Assembly: GCA_044426075.1 (NCBI GenBank)
Contig: JAWXUT010000001.1
Location: 1 to 50,688 of the forward strand
Direction of reading: 5' to 3'
Origin: Bacillota bacterium
Lineage (GTDB): Bacteria; Bacillota; Clostridia; Christensenellales; DTU072
DNA length: 50,688 bases
Below are positions 27,882-36,796 of the stretch, one piece after another. The stretch's first letter is position 1. The number at the start of each line of letters is the position of its first letter. A program made the position numbers and the translations under genes. Under the pieces are notes generated by a model. The model ran no database searches, was not told where the DNA came from, and was given only the letters and a program-made list of their open reading frames with translations.

Positions 27882-28352
27882 ATTAAAGACAAATCACAAA
27901 AAGCAACCGTAAATCAAGTATCCTCACTTCAAGACTTAGTGCTAAAATTGAAGTCCGAAAACGCAAGTTTGGGTGCCGAAATCTCCAGTTATCGCAAAAG
28001 AGAGTGCGAAATAACTGAAGCCTTATCAATGGCAAAAACCCACGCAGAAGAGTACGCGTCGGAGTCACGCATTCGCTATAAAATGGAAGGTGAGCGTTTA
28101 GCCCGATATCGCAAACAATGGCAAGGGTATCTTGCAAATCTATCAAGTGCCGAAGAACTTGGCAAAGAGATATTGCGTACGCAAAAATTATTAAAAGATT
28201 GCAATTCAGAAATTTTCAACGCGTTAAATCGTGATGTAAAAATATCCGACCCCGAGCAAGACTTTCAAGCCGAATCTTCCCGCCTTCAGCCAACCGTTCC
28301 CGACAATCTATCTGGGGAGGATATATGTGACCTCATAAAACAACTAATGTAG
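27867..28352 (+). CDS. Hypothetical coiled-coil protein (DivIVA-like heptad region)
   Basis: ORF 27849..28352. The LQDLVLKLKSENASLGAEISSYRKRECEITEAL region resembles the DivIVA coiled coil. Neither the GTG at 27849 nor the ATG at 27867 has an SD. The ATG at 27867 lies 7 nt after a TATAAT. Confidence 0.45.
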   Translation: MSKFFIKDKSQKATVNQVSSLQDLVLKLKSENASLGAEISSYRKRECEITEALSMAKTHAEEYASESRIRYKMEGERLARYRKQWQGYLANLSSAEELGKEILRTQKLLKDCNSEIFNALNRDVKISDPEQDFQAESSRLQPTVPDNLSGEDICDLIKQLM

Positions 28353-28480
28353 TAAAAACGCGTATTTCACGCACCTAACTTCTAAAACCCCCGCCCGCCC
28401 AGCATTCATTTACGCCTAGTAATATTCGTGCCGGTCGGGCGGGGGTTTTATTGTTATGCACGCAAACTACGCGTTTTTAC
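28353..28480. repeat. Palindromic intergenic element, copy B (about 128 bp)
   Basis: Left end TAAAAACGCGTATTTCACGCACCTAAC and right end GTTATGCACGCAAACTACGCGTTTTTAC. The outermost 13 nt, GTAAAAACGCGTA / TACGCGTTTTTAC, are exact reverse complements. Same layout as 11573..11701. Confidence 0.7.
28384..28455 (+). terminator. Strong G+C-rich hairpin/terminator inside repeat copy B
   Basis: AAAACCCCCGCCCG (28384..28397) pairs perfectly with CGGGCGGGGGTTTT (28436..28449). TTTTATTGTT follows. Confidence 0.65.
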
Positions 28481-28636
28481 ACGACTTCTATTTAAGCAAA
28501 GATAATATAATTCGCGAAAATTTCACGCACATTACTGCACGCAAACTACGCGTTTTTACACGACTTCTATTTGAGCAAAGATAATATAATTCGCAAAAAT
28601 TTCACGCACATTACTGCACAAACTCCGCGTTTTTAC
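28458..28636. repeat. Tandem 79-bp units (2 full copies plus a degenerate third) built from the end sequences of the palindromic element
   Basis: Units start at 28458, 28537 and 28616 (GCACGCAAACTACGCGTTTTTACACGACTTCTATTT[A/G]AGCAAAGATAATATAATTCGC[G/A]AAAATTTCACGCACATTACT). Confidence 0.8.
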
Positions 28637-28685
28637 CTAAAATCCATATATCACGCCCACAACTTTACGAGCACCCAATCTTAGG

Positions 28686-28765
28686 CTTTTTACACGGCTT
28701 CTATTTAAGATTAATAAGTAAGAATTAGTTGCTTTTTTAATCGCGTATTTCACGCACGAAACAGT
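28686..28765. repeat. Degenerate fragments of the same repeat family
   Basis: CTTTTTACACGGCTTCTATTTAAG matches the interior of the 79-bp unit. TCGCGTATTTCACGCAC (from 28741) matches the element's left end. Confidence 0.55.
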
Positions 28766-28830
28766 ATACAATCTTGTGACAGTTTGAATGAAGAATGTAG
28801 GTTTTTAATATATGTTATTTTATTATTAAA

Positions 28831-28856
28831 GGCTATAGCGATTAATCACTATAGCC
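28831..28856 (-). terminator. Putative terminator of the MFS transporter gene
   Basis: GGCTATAGCGAT/ATCACTATAGCC hairpin with one mismatch. On the minus strand it is followed by TTTAATAATAAAAT. Confidence 0.5.
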
Positions 28857-28885
28857 TTAATGTTTGTTAAATTTGTATTACTTTA

Positions 28886-30145
28886 CTATTCTGCGTCTTC
28901 TGCTGTAGTAGCTTTAATTTTTGTTTCAGCTATTTTTGCTGCAGTTTTCTTTGGGAATGAGATGATTGCGATAATTCCTAATGCTGCTAATGCGGCACAA
29001 GCTGCAATTATAAATGCAGGGATCATATCGTTAAAGTTGCCACTAATAGTTGCTTTGTCTTTAAATATACCTGCAATTGTTGATGACATAACTGCGCCAC
29101 AGCCAAAGCCAATCATAACCATTCCGTAAATTGTTGCCACATTTTTTTGACCGAATAGGTCTGATGTTGCATTTGGGAATGTGCTTAGTAGTCCGCCATA
29201 GAAGAATCCGATTATTGCAATTAGTGCAAATATCCACCAGCCGTTTGCAAGTATTACAAGTGCTGTTGAAACTGCGCTTCCAATCATTAGAATAAATAGC
29301 GTATTTTTTCTGCCGATTTTGTCACATATTGCGCCCCAAGTTAGGCGTCCTAAGCTGTTGAATAATGATATTATAATAACACCCACAGATGCGGCTTCTG
29401 CCATACCTTTAAATGTTGCAATTGATGTTGCAAAGCCTATCATCATTAGTCCACCCATACTTGATAAAGCGAACGCCAATGCTAATAGATATAGTTTTGG
29501 ATCTCTAAGTGCTTCAGAAACAGTTTTGCTGTTGTCTGCTGTTTTTGTTGCAGAAGTAGCAACCTTTGGTGACTCGTATAAAAAGAATGAACAAGCTACA
29601 GTAACTACAAAAACAATTGCGCCTAGTACTAAGAATGTTTTTGAATCACCCACGCCAGAACCGCCAAATGCTGTAAGCATTGCAGATATTACTGGTGTAA
29701 ATACAACTCCGCCAAGTCCTAATGATGCAACAATTATGCCAGTTATTAAACCTTTATTGTCTGGATACCATCTTTGTGCGTTTGCAATTGTTGGTGTATA
29801 AGCCATACCCATACCAATACCGCCCATTATGCCATATGTAAACCAAATTAAATAAGGGAAGTTTGCAGTAACTAGTCCAGAACAAATAAATCCTAAGCCA
29901 GCTAACGCGCCACCAAACATAACTATATATTTAGTTTGATATTTTGATGAAAGTTTACCGCCAATAATGCTACCAAAAGCAAGTGTTGCAAGTAATAATG
30001 AGTAAGCTAGGGCTGCTTTTGCAGAGTCTCCAGCGAATAGGATTTCAGCAATACCATTCTGGAACAAGCTCCACACATACGCAATGCCACAACACATTTG
30101 TATCGCAGCAGATGCCACAGTAACTATAATTTTTTTACTATTCAA
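28886..30145 (-). CDS. MFS transporter (oxalate/formate antiporter-like family)
   Basis: 419 aa with about 12 hydrophobic segments. The N-terminus AAIQMCCGIAYVWSLF is typical of OFA-family MFS proteins. TTG start 5 nt after GGAGGAG. Confidence 0.7.
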   Translation of the reverse strand: MNSKKIIVTVASAAIQMCCGIAYVWSLFQNGIAEILFAGDSAKAALAYSLLLATLAFGSIIGGKLSSKYQTKYIVMFGGALAGLGFICSGLVTANFPYLIWFTYGIMGGIGMGMAYTPTIANAQRWYPDNKGLITGIIVASLGLGGVVFTPVISAMLTAFGGSGVGDSKTFLVLGAIVFVVTVACSFFLYESPKVATSATKTADNSKTVSEALRDPKLYLLALAFALSSMGGLMMIGFATSIATFKGMAEAASVGVIIISLFNSLGRLTWGAICDKIGRKNTLFILMIGSAVSTALVILANGWWIFALIAIIGFFYGGLLSTFPNATSDLFGQKNVATIYGMVMIGFGCGAVMSSTIAGIFKDKATISGNFNDMIPAFIIAACAALAALGIIAIISFPKKTAAKIAETKIKATTAEDAE

Positions 30146-30166
30146 TTTGACTCCTCCAATTTAAAC

Positions 30167-30182
30167 TATATTGCGCAATATA
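30167..30182. promoter_or_regulatory. Perfect 16-bp palindrome TATATTGCGCAATATA (candidate operator of the MFS gene)
   Basis: Exactly self-complementary. It lies 10 nt upstream of the MFS SD sequence. Confidence 0.45.
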
Positions 30183-30402
30183 ATTTATCTTAATGTATTA
30201 AAATAACTACATATGTATTTGTAGTTAATAGTAACATAACAAAGTGGGTTTTGTAAAGGAAATTGACAAAGCAAAATTAAAATATTGAGTAAAAATAAGT
30301 AAAAACTCTAAAATATAGCAAAAAGCTAGCAGGTGTAAGCATAAAATGGAACATATAACAATATACTATCATAATGAAAATGTACAAATATAACAAAAAC
30401 TA

Positions 30403-30431
30403 TTGACTTCACAGAGGTTTTTTGATATAAT
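30403..30431 (+). promoter_or_regulatory. Putative promoter of the oxidoreductase gene (TTGACT-17-TATAAT)
   Basis: -35 at 30403..30408 and -10 at 30426..30431. Confidence 0.5.
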
Positions 30432-30470
30432 AAAGATACATTTATAAATTAAATTCATAGGAGAATTGAA

Positions 30471-31652
30471 ATGAAAAAACTTAGATTTGGTATTGTCGGA
30501 ATCGGCAAACAAGGATCATACTATGCAAGAGTTTTAGGTTCACTAAATAAATTGTTGGTTAAAGGCGGAGAGCTAACAGCAATCTGTGAAATCAAAGAAG
30601 ACAGAATTGCATATGCAAAAGCTAAATATCCAAACGTAAAAATCTTTACAGATTACAACGAAATGTTTGCAAGTGGAGAAATCGATGCAGTTTGCGTTGA
30701 GACACCTCACTACCAACATCCTACAATCACAATGGCAGCTTTAAAAGCAGGTTTACATGTTCTATGTGACAAGCCAGCTGGTGTTCACACAACAATGGTT
30801 AAAGAAATGATTGCTTGTGCTGAAGAAACAAAAAAACAATATCCAGATCAAGTATTTGGTATGATGTTTAACCAACGTACAAACCCACTATACATCAAAG
30901 CTAAAGAGATTATCGATAGCGGTGAGTTGGGTGATTTAAAACGTATCGTTTGGATTATCACAAACTGGTATCGTCCACAAAAATATTATGATCAAGGTGG
31001 CTGGAGAGGCACTTGGGGTGGCGAAGGCGGAGGCGTTCTTCTAAACCAATGCCCACACCAACTAGACTTGTTCACATGGTTAGTAGGTCTTCCAGAATCA
31101 GTTTCAGCTACAATTTCAACACGTGGCCGTAACATTTCTGTAGAGAACGATGTTACAGCAGTTTGCAAATACAAAAATGGTGCAACTGGTGTATTTATCA
31201 CATCAACACACGACTTCCCAGGTACAAACAGACTAGAAATTACTGGTGACGGTGGTAAAATCGTTATTGAAGGTATGAAACTTACTTTCACAAAGAACGA
31301 TATTATGGAATCAACTTACAGTTCAAACGGTAAAGAGTTTATGGGTAAAATCCCACACAAAACAACTACATACAAAGGTATGAAGTACTACCTACAACCA
31401 CTAAAATATCCACCACAACATCCAGGTATCATGAAAAACTTTACTGAGTTTATCTTGGGTCAAACAAAAGAGTTCAAAGCTCCAGGCGAACAAGGTATTA
31501 TCGGTTTAACACTTTCAAACGCTATCCACCTTTCAGGTTGGACTGGTAAAGAAGTTAAAATGCCACTTTCAGAAGAATCAGAGAAAGAGTTTATAGCAGA
31601 GCTAGATAAACGTATCAAAGAAGAAGCTGATGCAGGTATCGCAATCGAATAG
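30471..31652 (+). CDS. Gfo/Idh/MocA family oxidoreductase
   Basis: N-terminal Rossmann motif FGIVGIGKQG and the two-domain layout typical of the family. AGGAGAA lies upstream. Confidence 0.8.
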   Translation: MKKLRFGIVGIGKQGSYYARVLGSLNKLLVKGGELTAICEIKEDRIAYAKAKYPNVKIFTDYNEMFASGEIDAVCVETPHYQHPTITMAALKAGLHVLCDKPAGVHTTMVKEMIACAEETKKQYPDQVFGMMFNQRTNPLYIKAKEIIDSGELGDLKRIVWIITNWYRPQKYYDQGGWRGTWGGEGGGVLLNQCPHQLDLFTWLVGLPESVSATISTRGRNISVENDVTAVCKYKNGATGVFITSTHDFPGTNRLEITGDGGKIVIEGMKLTFTKNDIMESTYSSNGKEFMGKIPHKTTTYKGMKYYLQPLKYPPQHPGIMKNFTEFILGQTKEFKAPGEQGIIGLTLSNAIHLSGWTGKEVKMPLSEESEKEFIAELDKRIKEEADAGIAIE

Positions 31653-31675
31653 TTCACTATTCTAAAATAAAATGC

Positions 31676-31750
31676 AATAACCCTTGCGGGCAAACTAACC
31701 AAGATACGATGGTATCTTTAGTTAGTTGTGCCAACGCAAGGGTTATTTTT
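31676..31750 (+). terminator. Long imperfect hairpin terminator after the oxidoreductase gene
   Basis: AATAACCCTTGCG pairs with CGCAAGGGTTATT, with extended inner pairing. TTTTTGTTT follows. Confidence 0.65.
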
Positions 31751-31864
31751 GTTTCAAGCAAAATACATAAAGTTGCAAAATTCGCAATTTACTGTATCTA
31801 TAGCTACAGTAATCGGAATATTATTGCACAAATTTTCTTCACAACGCATTATTATTTATCCATT

Positions 31865-31901
31865 AAAAAAGCTATAAAGAATTGTCTTCTTTATAGCTTT
31901 T
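31865..31901. terminator. Hairpin terminator immediately 3' of tRNA-Val (usable in both directions)
   Basis: AGCTATAAAGA (31870..31880) pairs with TCTTTATAGCT (31888..31898). It is flanked by A5 on one side and T4 on the other. Confidence 0.6.
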
Positions 31902-31977
31902 TGGTGGACAATAACGGGCTCGAACCGCTGACTTCCTCCACGTCAAGGAGACACTCTACCAGCTGAGTTAATTGTCC
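31902..31977 (-). tRNA. tRNA-Val (anticodon GAC), CCA encoded
   Basis: Manual cloverleaf: perfect 7-bp acceptor GGACAAT/ATTGTCC, D stem ACTC/GAGT, anticodon stem TCTCC/GGAGG with loop TTGACGT. T arm AGCGG-TTCGAGC-CCGTT, discriminator A73, 3' CCA, 76 nt. Confidence 0.85.
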
Positions 31978-31988
31978 ATTGCTTAAAT

Positions 31989-32017
31989 ATAGTATCAAAT
32001 TTTGGTATGCTTGTAAA
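31989..32017 (-). promoter_or_regulatory. Putative promoter of tRNA-Val (TTTACA-17-TACTAT)
   Basis: On the minus strand the -35 is at 32017..32012 and the -10 at 31994..31989, 11 nt before tRNA position 1. Confidence 0.4.
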
Positions 32018-32074
32018 GTGTTTTTGAAAAAATATAAAAAATTTACAAGTATTGCAAAAGTTTGCGCTTATTAG

Positions 32075-32103
32075 TTGCTCACTATACTATAATATGATAT
32101 AAT
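32075..32103 (+). promoter_or_regulatory. Putative ileS promoter (TTGCTC-17-TATAAT)
   Basis: -35 at 32075..32080 and -10 at 32098..32103. The leader is short and contains AGGAG. Confidence 0.45.
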
Positions 32104-32140
32104 CTAAAAGCAATAATGTAATATTCTAGGAGTTATTATA

Positions 32141-35100
32141 ATGAAAAAGGAAAATCCATCACCAAATTTTATTGAACTTGAAAAAGAGATGCTTGCTTTT
32201 TGGCAAGAAGAAAAATGTTTTGAAAAACTTGTTGAAAAAAACAAGGACGGGGAGCGTTTCCCATTTTTAGATGGTCCAATAACAGCAAACAATCCAATGG
32301 GTATTCACCACGCTTGGGGAAGAACATTGAAAGATATGAATATCAAGTACAACAGTATGAAGGGCAAATCTTGTCAATTTCAGAATGGTTTTGACGCACA
32401 AGGATTGTGGGTTGAAGTTGAAGTTGAAAAAGAGATTGGCATAAAAGCTAAAAGCGATATTGTTGAATATGGTGTTGATAAGTTTACAACAATGTGTATG
32501 GATAGGGTTAAAAAGTTCAGCGGAGTTATAACCGAGCAATCAAAAAGATTGGGACAATGGATGGATTGGGACAATTCATATTACACAAATACCGATTTAA
32601 ATATCACATCAATATGGCATTTTTTAAAGAAGTGTTACAATAATGGTTGGATAGAAAAGTCACACAGACCAATGCCTTGGTGTCCACGTTGTGGCACAAG
32701 TTTGAGCGACCACGAGATGAGCGGTTCATATGCAGAAATGGAGCATTTATCTATTTATGCAAAGTTGCCAATTAAAGGAACAGATGATAAAATTATCCTT
32801 TGGACAACAACCCCTTGGACACTTAGCAGTAATGTAGCGCTTGCAATCAATCCAGATATTGAGTATGTAAGAGTAACAGTAAAGTCAGATTCTAGCAAGA
32901 TGATTGTTGGAAAAGATGCAATCGGCAAACTAGCAGGCGATATTATTGAAGTTGGCACTCCATTTAAGGGTTCAGAGCTAATTGGCAAAGAATATGAAAC
33001 TTGCTTCACAGAATATGCAACACAAAATTTTGTACACACAATAGTTCCTTGGGAAGATGTTGAGGCAAAAGAGGGTACAGGCGTAGTTCATATTGCTCCA
33101 GGTTGTGGCGCAGAAGACTATGAGCTTGGCAAAAAACTTGGCTTGCCTGCAATATGCCCAATCAATGATGATGGCGTAATGTTAGCTGGATATGGTGATT
33201 TAAGTGGCAAAAAGACCACAGATGTTGTGGATATAGTAGTTGCACAATTAGAAGCACAAAACAAGCTATACAAAACAGAAATGCACAAACACAGCTATCC
33301 AATGTGCTGGAGATGTAAGACCCCAGTAGTATTTAAGTTAGTTGATGAGTGGAACATAAAGACAGAAGAAATCAGACCACAAATGATTGCAGCAGCAAAA
33401 ACAGTAAAGTGGGAACCTGAGTTCGCGGGCAAGCGTATGCTAGACTGGTTGAACAATATGGGCGACTGGAACATAAGCCGTAAGCGTTTTTACGGATTGC
33501 CATTGCCATTCTATCCTTGTGAAAAGTGCGGACATTTAACTGTTATCGGCAGTAAAGAGGAATTAATTGAGCGTAGCGAACACGGCAACATTGACGGGGT
33601 TCCACACTTACACAAACCATATATTGACAATATAAAAATCAAATGCGAGCATTGTGGCGAATTGGTTTCACGTATTCCAGAAGTTGGCGATTGCTGGCTT
33701 GATGCGGGTATTGCACCATTTGCAACCAAGAAATATTTTGAAGACAAAGAGTATTTTGCCAAAAACTATCCATCAGATTTAGTTATTGAAATGAAAGAAC
33801 AAATCAGATTGTGGTTCTACAGTTTGCTATTTATGTCAGTAACACTTGAGGGCAAAGCGCCTTACAAGCAAGTTGTAACACACAGCACTGTTGTTAATGA
33901 AGAGGGCGGCAAGTTCAGCAAAACTGGTTATATGATTAGGTTTGATGAAGCAGCAGAAAAAATCGGTTCTGATCCAGTTAGATATCTATATGCTGGCGCA
34001 CCAGTAGCGGGCGATGTTCGTTTCGGATACAAGTTAACTGATGAAGCAAGGCGTAAAATGCTAGGATTCTGGAATATATATGTATTCTTTAATCTATATG
34101 CAGAAATAGACAGACCAGATATTGCAAACCACAAAATTGATTATGCAACACTAACACACAGTGATAAATGGTTGTTGACACGCACAAATAAATTCATAAC
34201 AGATGCAACAAACTGCATGGAAACTTACAAATCAACCAACTTAATCAAAGAGTTTGAGAATTTTGTTGACGATGTTAGCAACTGGTATATCCGTATAAAC
34301 AGAAGGCGTTTCTGGAAGTCAACCGACAAGGCAGACCAAATGAACGCATACTGGTGTTTGTATCAAGTAATCAAATCAACATTAGGCGTAATGGCTCCAA
34401 TTATCCCATTCTTAACAGATTATATCTGGCAAAACACAGTAAGGGAGATAGAAAAAGATGCACCAATTTCCGTTCATCTATCATCATATCCAACTTGTAT
34501 TGATATTCCAGAAGAGGCTACAATTCTAAACGAAACAGCAGTTACTCGTGAGGTTATAGCAACTGGACAAAGAATGAGAAATGAAGCTCAACTTAAAATC
34601 AAACAACCACTTGCAAAGATGTACATTACAGCATCGGAAGCAGAAACTGAAGCGGCATCAAAGTTGGTTTCAACAATAAAAGATGAATTAAACATCAAAG
34701 AAGTAGTATTTACAGCAGATACAAGCTTATATAATGATGTATATTACACAGTAAACTTTAGGGTTGCAGGCAGAGTGCTAAAAGGCGAAGCTCAAAAACT
34801 AAAGGCAATAGTTGACAATCTAAGCGGAGCAGAATATGCAGAATTAGATGCAATGATTAAAACTGGCAGTGTAAATCTTGGTTCATTTACAAACCTTGAA
34901 CCCGAATTGTTTGAAGCCCATAACAGACCACAAGAGGGTTATCTTGTAACAACAGAAAACAACAAAACACTTGCGTTAGACACCACACTTAATGATGAAC
35001 TAATAGCAGAAGGTATTGTTCGTGAGTTGATAAGACAAATTCAATTGATGAGAAAAGATGCAGGCTTTGCAGTTGAACAACGCATAACCGCAGAAATCAC

Positions 35101-35260
35101 AGCAGAAAGCGACATTGTAACATCAGCAATCACAACATTTGCAGACCGCATTAAGCAAGACATATTGGCAAGCGACTTAGCACCAATTGCAACCGCAGAT
35201 GCAGAGAAGCAAATTGAAGTGCAAGGATATGGTATCAGTATTAAATTAATTAAAGCATAA
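32141..35260 (+). CDS. ileS: Isoleucine--tRNA ligase (long, about 1,040-aa form)
   Basis: Editing-domain motif WTTTPWTLSSN, CWRCKTPV, DWNISRKRFYG, and KMSKS-equivalent KFSKTG. The HIGH region is divergent (PMGIHHAWGR). Confidence 0.85.
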   Translation: MKKENPSPNFIELEKEMLAFWQEEKCFEKLVEKNKDGERFPFLDGPITANNPMGIHHAWGRTLKDMNIKYNSMKGKSCQFQNGFDAQGLWVEVEVEKEIGIKAKSDIVEYGVDKFTTMCMDRVKKFSGVITEQSKRLGQWMDWDNSYYTNTDLNITSIWHFLKKCYNNGWIEKSHRPMPWCPRCGTSLSDHEMSGSYAEMEHLSIYAKLPIKGTDDKIILWTTTPWTLSSNVALAINPDIEYVRVTVKSDSSKMIVGKDAIGKLAGDIIEVGTPFKGSELIGKEYETCFTEYATQNFVHTIVPWEDVEAKEGTGVVHIAPGCGAEDYELGKKLGLPAICPINDDGVMLAGYGDLSGKKTTDVVDIVVAQLEAQNKLYKTEMHKHSYPMCWRCKTPVVFKLVDEWNIKTEEIRPQMIAAAKTVKWEPEFAGKRMLDWLNNMGDWNISRKRFYGLPLPFYPCEKCGHLTVIGSKEELIERSEHGNIDGVPHLHKPYIDNIKIKCEHCGELVSRIPEVGDCWLDAGIAPFATKKYFEDKEYFAKNYPSDLVIEMKEQIRLWFYSLLFMSVTLEGKAPYKQVVTHSTVVNEEGGKFSKTGYMIRFDEAAEKIGSDPVRYLYAGAPVAGDVRFGYKLTDEARRKMLGFWNIYVFFNLYAEIDRPDIANHKIDYATLTHSDKWLLTRTNKFITDATNCMETYKSTNLIKEFENFVDDVSNWYIRINRRRFWKSTDKADQMNAYWCLYQVIKSTLGVMAPIIPFLTDYIWQNTVREIEKDAPISVHLSSYPTCIDIPEEATILNETAVTREVIATGQRMRNEAQLKIKQPLAKMYITASEAETEAASKLVSTIKDELNIKEVVFTADTSLYNDVYYTVNFRVAGRVLKGEAQKLKAIVDNLSGAEYAELDAMIKTGSVNLGSFTNLEPELFEAHNRPQEGYLVTTENNKTLALDTTLNDELIAEGIVRELIRQIQLMRKDAGFAVEQRITAEITAESDIVTSAITTFADRIKQDILASDLAPIATADAEKQIEVQGYGISIKLIKA

Positions 35261-35284
35261 AACTAATTAAACATCATAACAAAA

Positions 35285-35320
35285 AAGGCTGCAAAGAAAA
35301 TATATCTTTACAGCCTTTTT
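35285..35320. terminator. Bidirectional terminator between convergent ileS and the AlbA_2 gene
   Basis: AAGGCTGCAAAGA/TCTTTACAGCCTT hairpin with one mismatch, flanked by A6 and T5. Confidence 0.7.
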
Positions 35321-35336
35321 AAATATCAATTTTGAT

Positions 35337-36659
35337 TTACTTAACTACTTCATACGTTGTATTTTTGCCGTTTCCGCTTTTACTAATAGCACCTTTATCT
35401 AACAGTGTTCTTAAATGTTTTGTAGCCATTGGTTGTGATATTTTTAACAATTCTTCTAAATCTTTGCGCTTAAATTCTGAATATTTTCTCAATTTACTGC
35501 AAATAAATTGCTCATTTTGTGTAAGTTTAGTTGTTGCAATATCTTTTACAGAAGCTGCGGCGTTGCTAGAAGCTGTAGCTAGATTATTGTAAAGTGTTAT
35601 TCTAAAGGCATTGTTTGTGGCTTCAATTAATGGTTTGTTGGGTGTGCTGTTGTAACTCCCCATAATTTTGATAATTCCAGTGCCATAAGCTTCAATTAAT
35701 TTTAGTCTATAAAAAACATTTGCCAAATTTTTATTCCGCAAAATAGAAACGCCAAGTTTCATATCCTCCAAAGAAATTCCACGCAAAAGCCCACCTACGG
35801 TTACAAGTTCAATTCTGTTGTCAAAAATGCTAATTAATGTGCTTGAAGTTAAAGAGTAGTCGCGATGAACTATGGCATTTAATAGCGCTTCTCTAATTGC
35901 TATTTCGGGATATGCCCTATAATCTACCCTTTGGAGCCCATTAAATTCTGCACGGGTGCTGTTGTGAATATTTATAAACTCAAAACATTCACGCAACTGC
36001 ATAAATAATGAACCCGAAAACTCCTTTCTGTCTACAAAAACTTCTTTGGTTTCGCCTTGAAAAACAGCAACTTTTGTTGTGTGCATACATTGGTCGGAAA
36101 GAAGAAGCCCCAAATTTGTATAAAGTTCATCTGAACCGACAATGTTGAGGGTGCGCATTTGCTCGCTTGCAAATCGTATATGTGAATTGATAAATTCTCT
36201 GTTACAGCTATCAAATGTTAAATTTTGATTTAAAGCGCGCACATCTTCAAAATTATCGCCCGATGTTTCCTTTATCATTTTAAGAATTGCAGTGTCGGTT
36301 GCGGGAACTGAAGATGCTCCTTGTCTAACAAATACGCCTTCTGGACGGATACCTTTACCTGCAATATAATATGGTGAAGATGTACCTTTTTGCACTTCAA
36401 TTACAATTATATTTTTTTCTTGCATAGAAGCAATGGCGCAATTAACAAACATCATAATATCGGGCTTTACGCTTTCACGCAATAAATTTGTGGTTTTTAG
36501 CAACACCTCATCTGCGTTACTTACACCTATAACAGATAAATCATCTTCAACACCAATATAAATTTTGCCACCAAAAGTATTTGCAAAAGCAATAACTGTT
36601 TTTTTAATTTCAGCGGTATATTCTCTTTTGTATTCTACATTTATATTTTCGAGTTGCAT
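35337..36659 (-). CDS. AlbA_2 (Schlafen-like) + HATPase_c_4 ('RecG C-terminal-like') + C-terminal winged-HTH protein; putative DNA-binding regulator
   Basis: N-terminal VEYKREY...VIAFANTFGGKIYIGVEDD (AlbA_2), central REALLNAIVHRDY...RNKNLANVF...EAYGTGIIKI (HATPase_c_4), and a C-terminal HTH (DLEELLKISQPMATKHLRTLLDKG). The ATG at 36659 lies 6 nt after GGAGGAA. The upstream ATG at 36674 is part of that SD region. Confidence 0.8.
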   Translation of the reverse strand: MQLENINVEYKREYTAEIKKTVIAFANTFGGKIYIGVEDDLSVIGVSNADEVLLKTTNLLRESVKPDIMMFVNCAIASMQEKNIIVIEVQKGTSSPYYIAGKGIRPEGVFVRQGASSVPATDTAILKMIKETSGDNFEDVRALNQNLTFDSCNREFINSHIRFASEQMRTLNIVGSDELYTNLGLLLSDQCMHTTKVAVFQGETKEVFVDRKEFSGSLFMQLRECFEFINIHNSTRAEFNGLQRVDYRAYPEIAIREALLNAIVHRDYSLTSSTLISIFDNRIELVTVGGLLRGISLEDMKLGVSILRNKNLANVFYRLKLIEAYGTGIIKIMGSYNSTPNKPLIEATNNAFRITLYNNLATASSNAAASVKDIATTKLTQNEQFICSKLRKYSEFKRKDLEELLKISQPMATKHLRTLLDKGAISKSGNGKNTTYEVVK

Positions 36660-36677
36660 CTTAAATTCCTCCATTTG

Positions 36678-36710
36678 TTCTACTACTATTCTACTACTAT
36701 TCTACTACTT
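36678..36710. repeat. Three tandem 11-bp repeats (TTCTACTACTA; gene-sense TAGTAGTAGAA) overlapping the AlbA_2 gene promoter
   Basis: Units at 36678, 36689 and 36700. The last base of the third unit differs. Confidence 0.9.
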
Positions 36711-36716
36711 TGTCAA
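36688..36716 (-). promoter_or_regulatory. Putative promoter of the AlbA_2 gene (TTGACA-17-TAGAAT)
   Basis: On the minus strand the -35 TTGACA is at 36716..36711. The -10 TAGAAT at 36693..36688 is formed by a junction between 11-bp repeat units. Confidence 0.5.
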
Positions 36717-36796
36717 GTATTAGAATGATAAAAATATAAAGAAAGATTTATATTAATCTAGTTTATTCCTAAATATAGTTAATATTTATAATATAT

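Noticed and set aside
28458-28636. Possible CRISPR array or coding repeats in the 79-bp tandem units
   Set aside because: There are no variable spacers. The units are made of the end sequences of the palindromic element, and all frames carry stops.
29319-29801. 160-aa plus-strand ORF (and 28860..29129)
   Set aside because: Both are antisense to the MFS transporter gene. Their hydrophobic-mirror composition is typical of shadow ORFs.
31709-31966. 85-aa plus-strand ORF
   Set aside because: It runs through a terminator hairpin and the antisense of tRNA-Val, has no SD, and is low-complexity and A+T-driven. It is spurious.
31978-32140. T-box leader expected upstream of ileS
   Set aside because: Only 163 nt separate tRNA-Val from the ileS ATG. 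No T-box motif (AGGGTGGTACCGCG-like), specifier-loop architecture or terminator/antiterminator pair is visible.
31865-32140. tRNA-Val as an integration hotspot (genomic-island attachment site)
   Set aside because: No integrase, no direct repeat of the tRNA 3' end and no compositional break was seen next to it. Housekeeping genes flank it on both sides.
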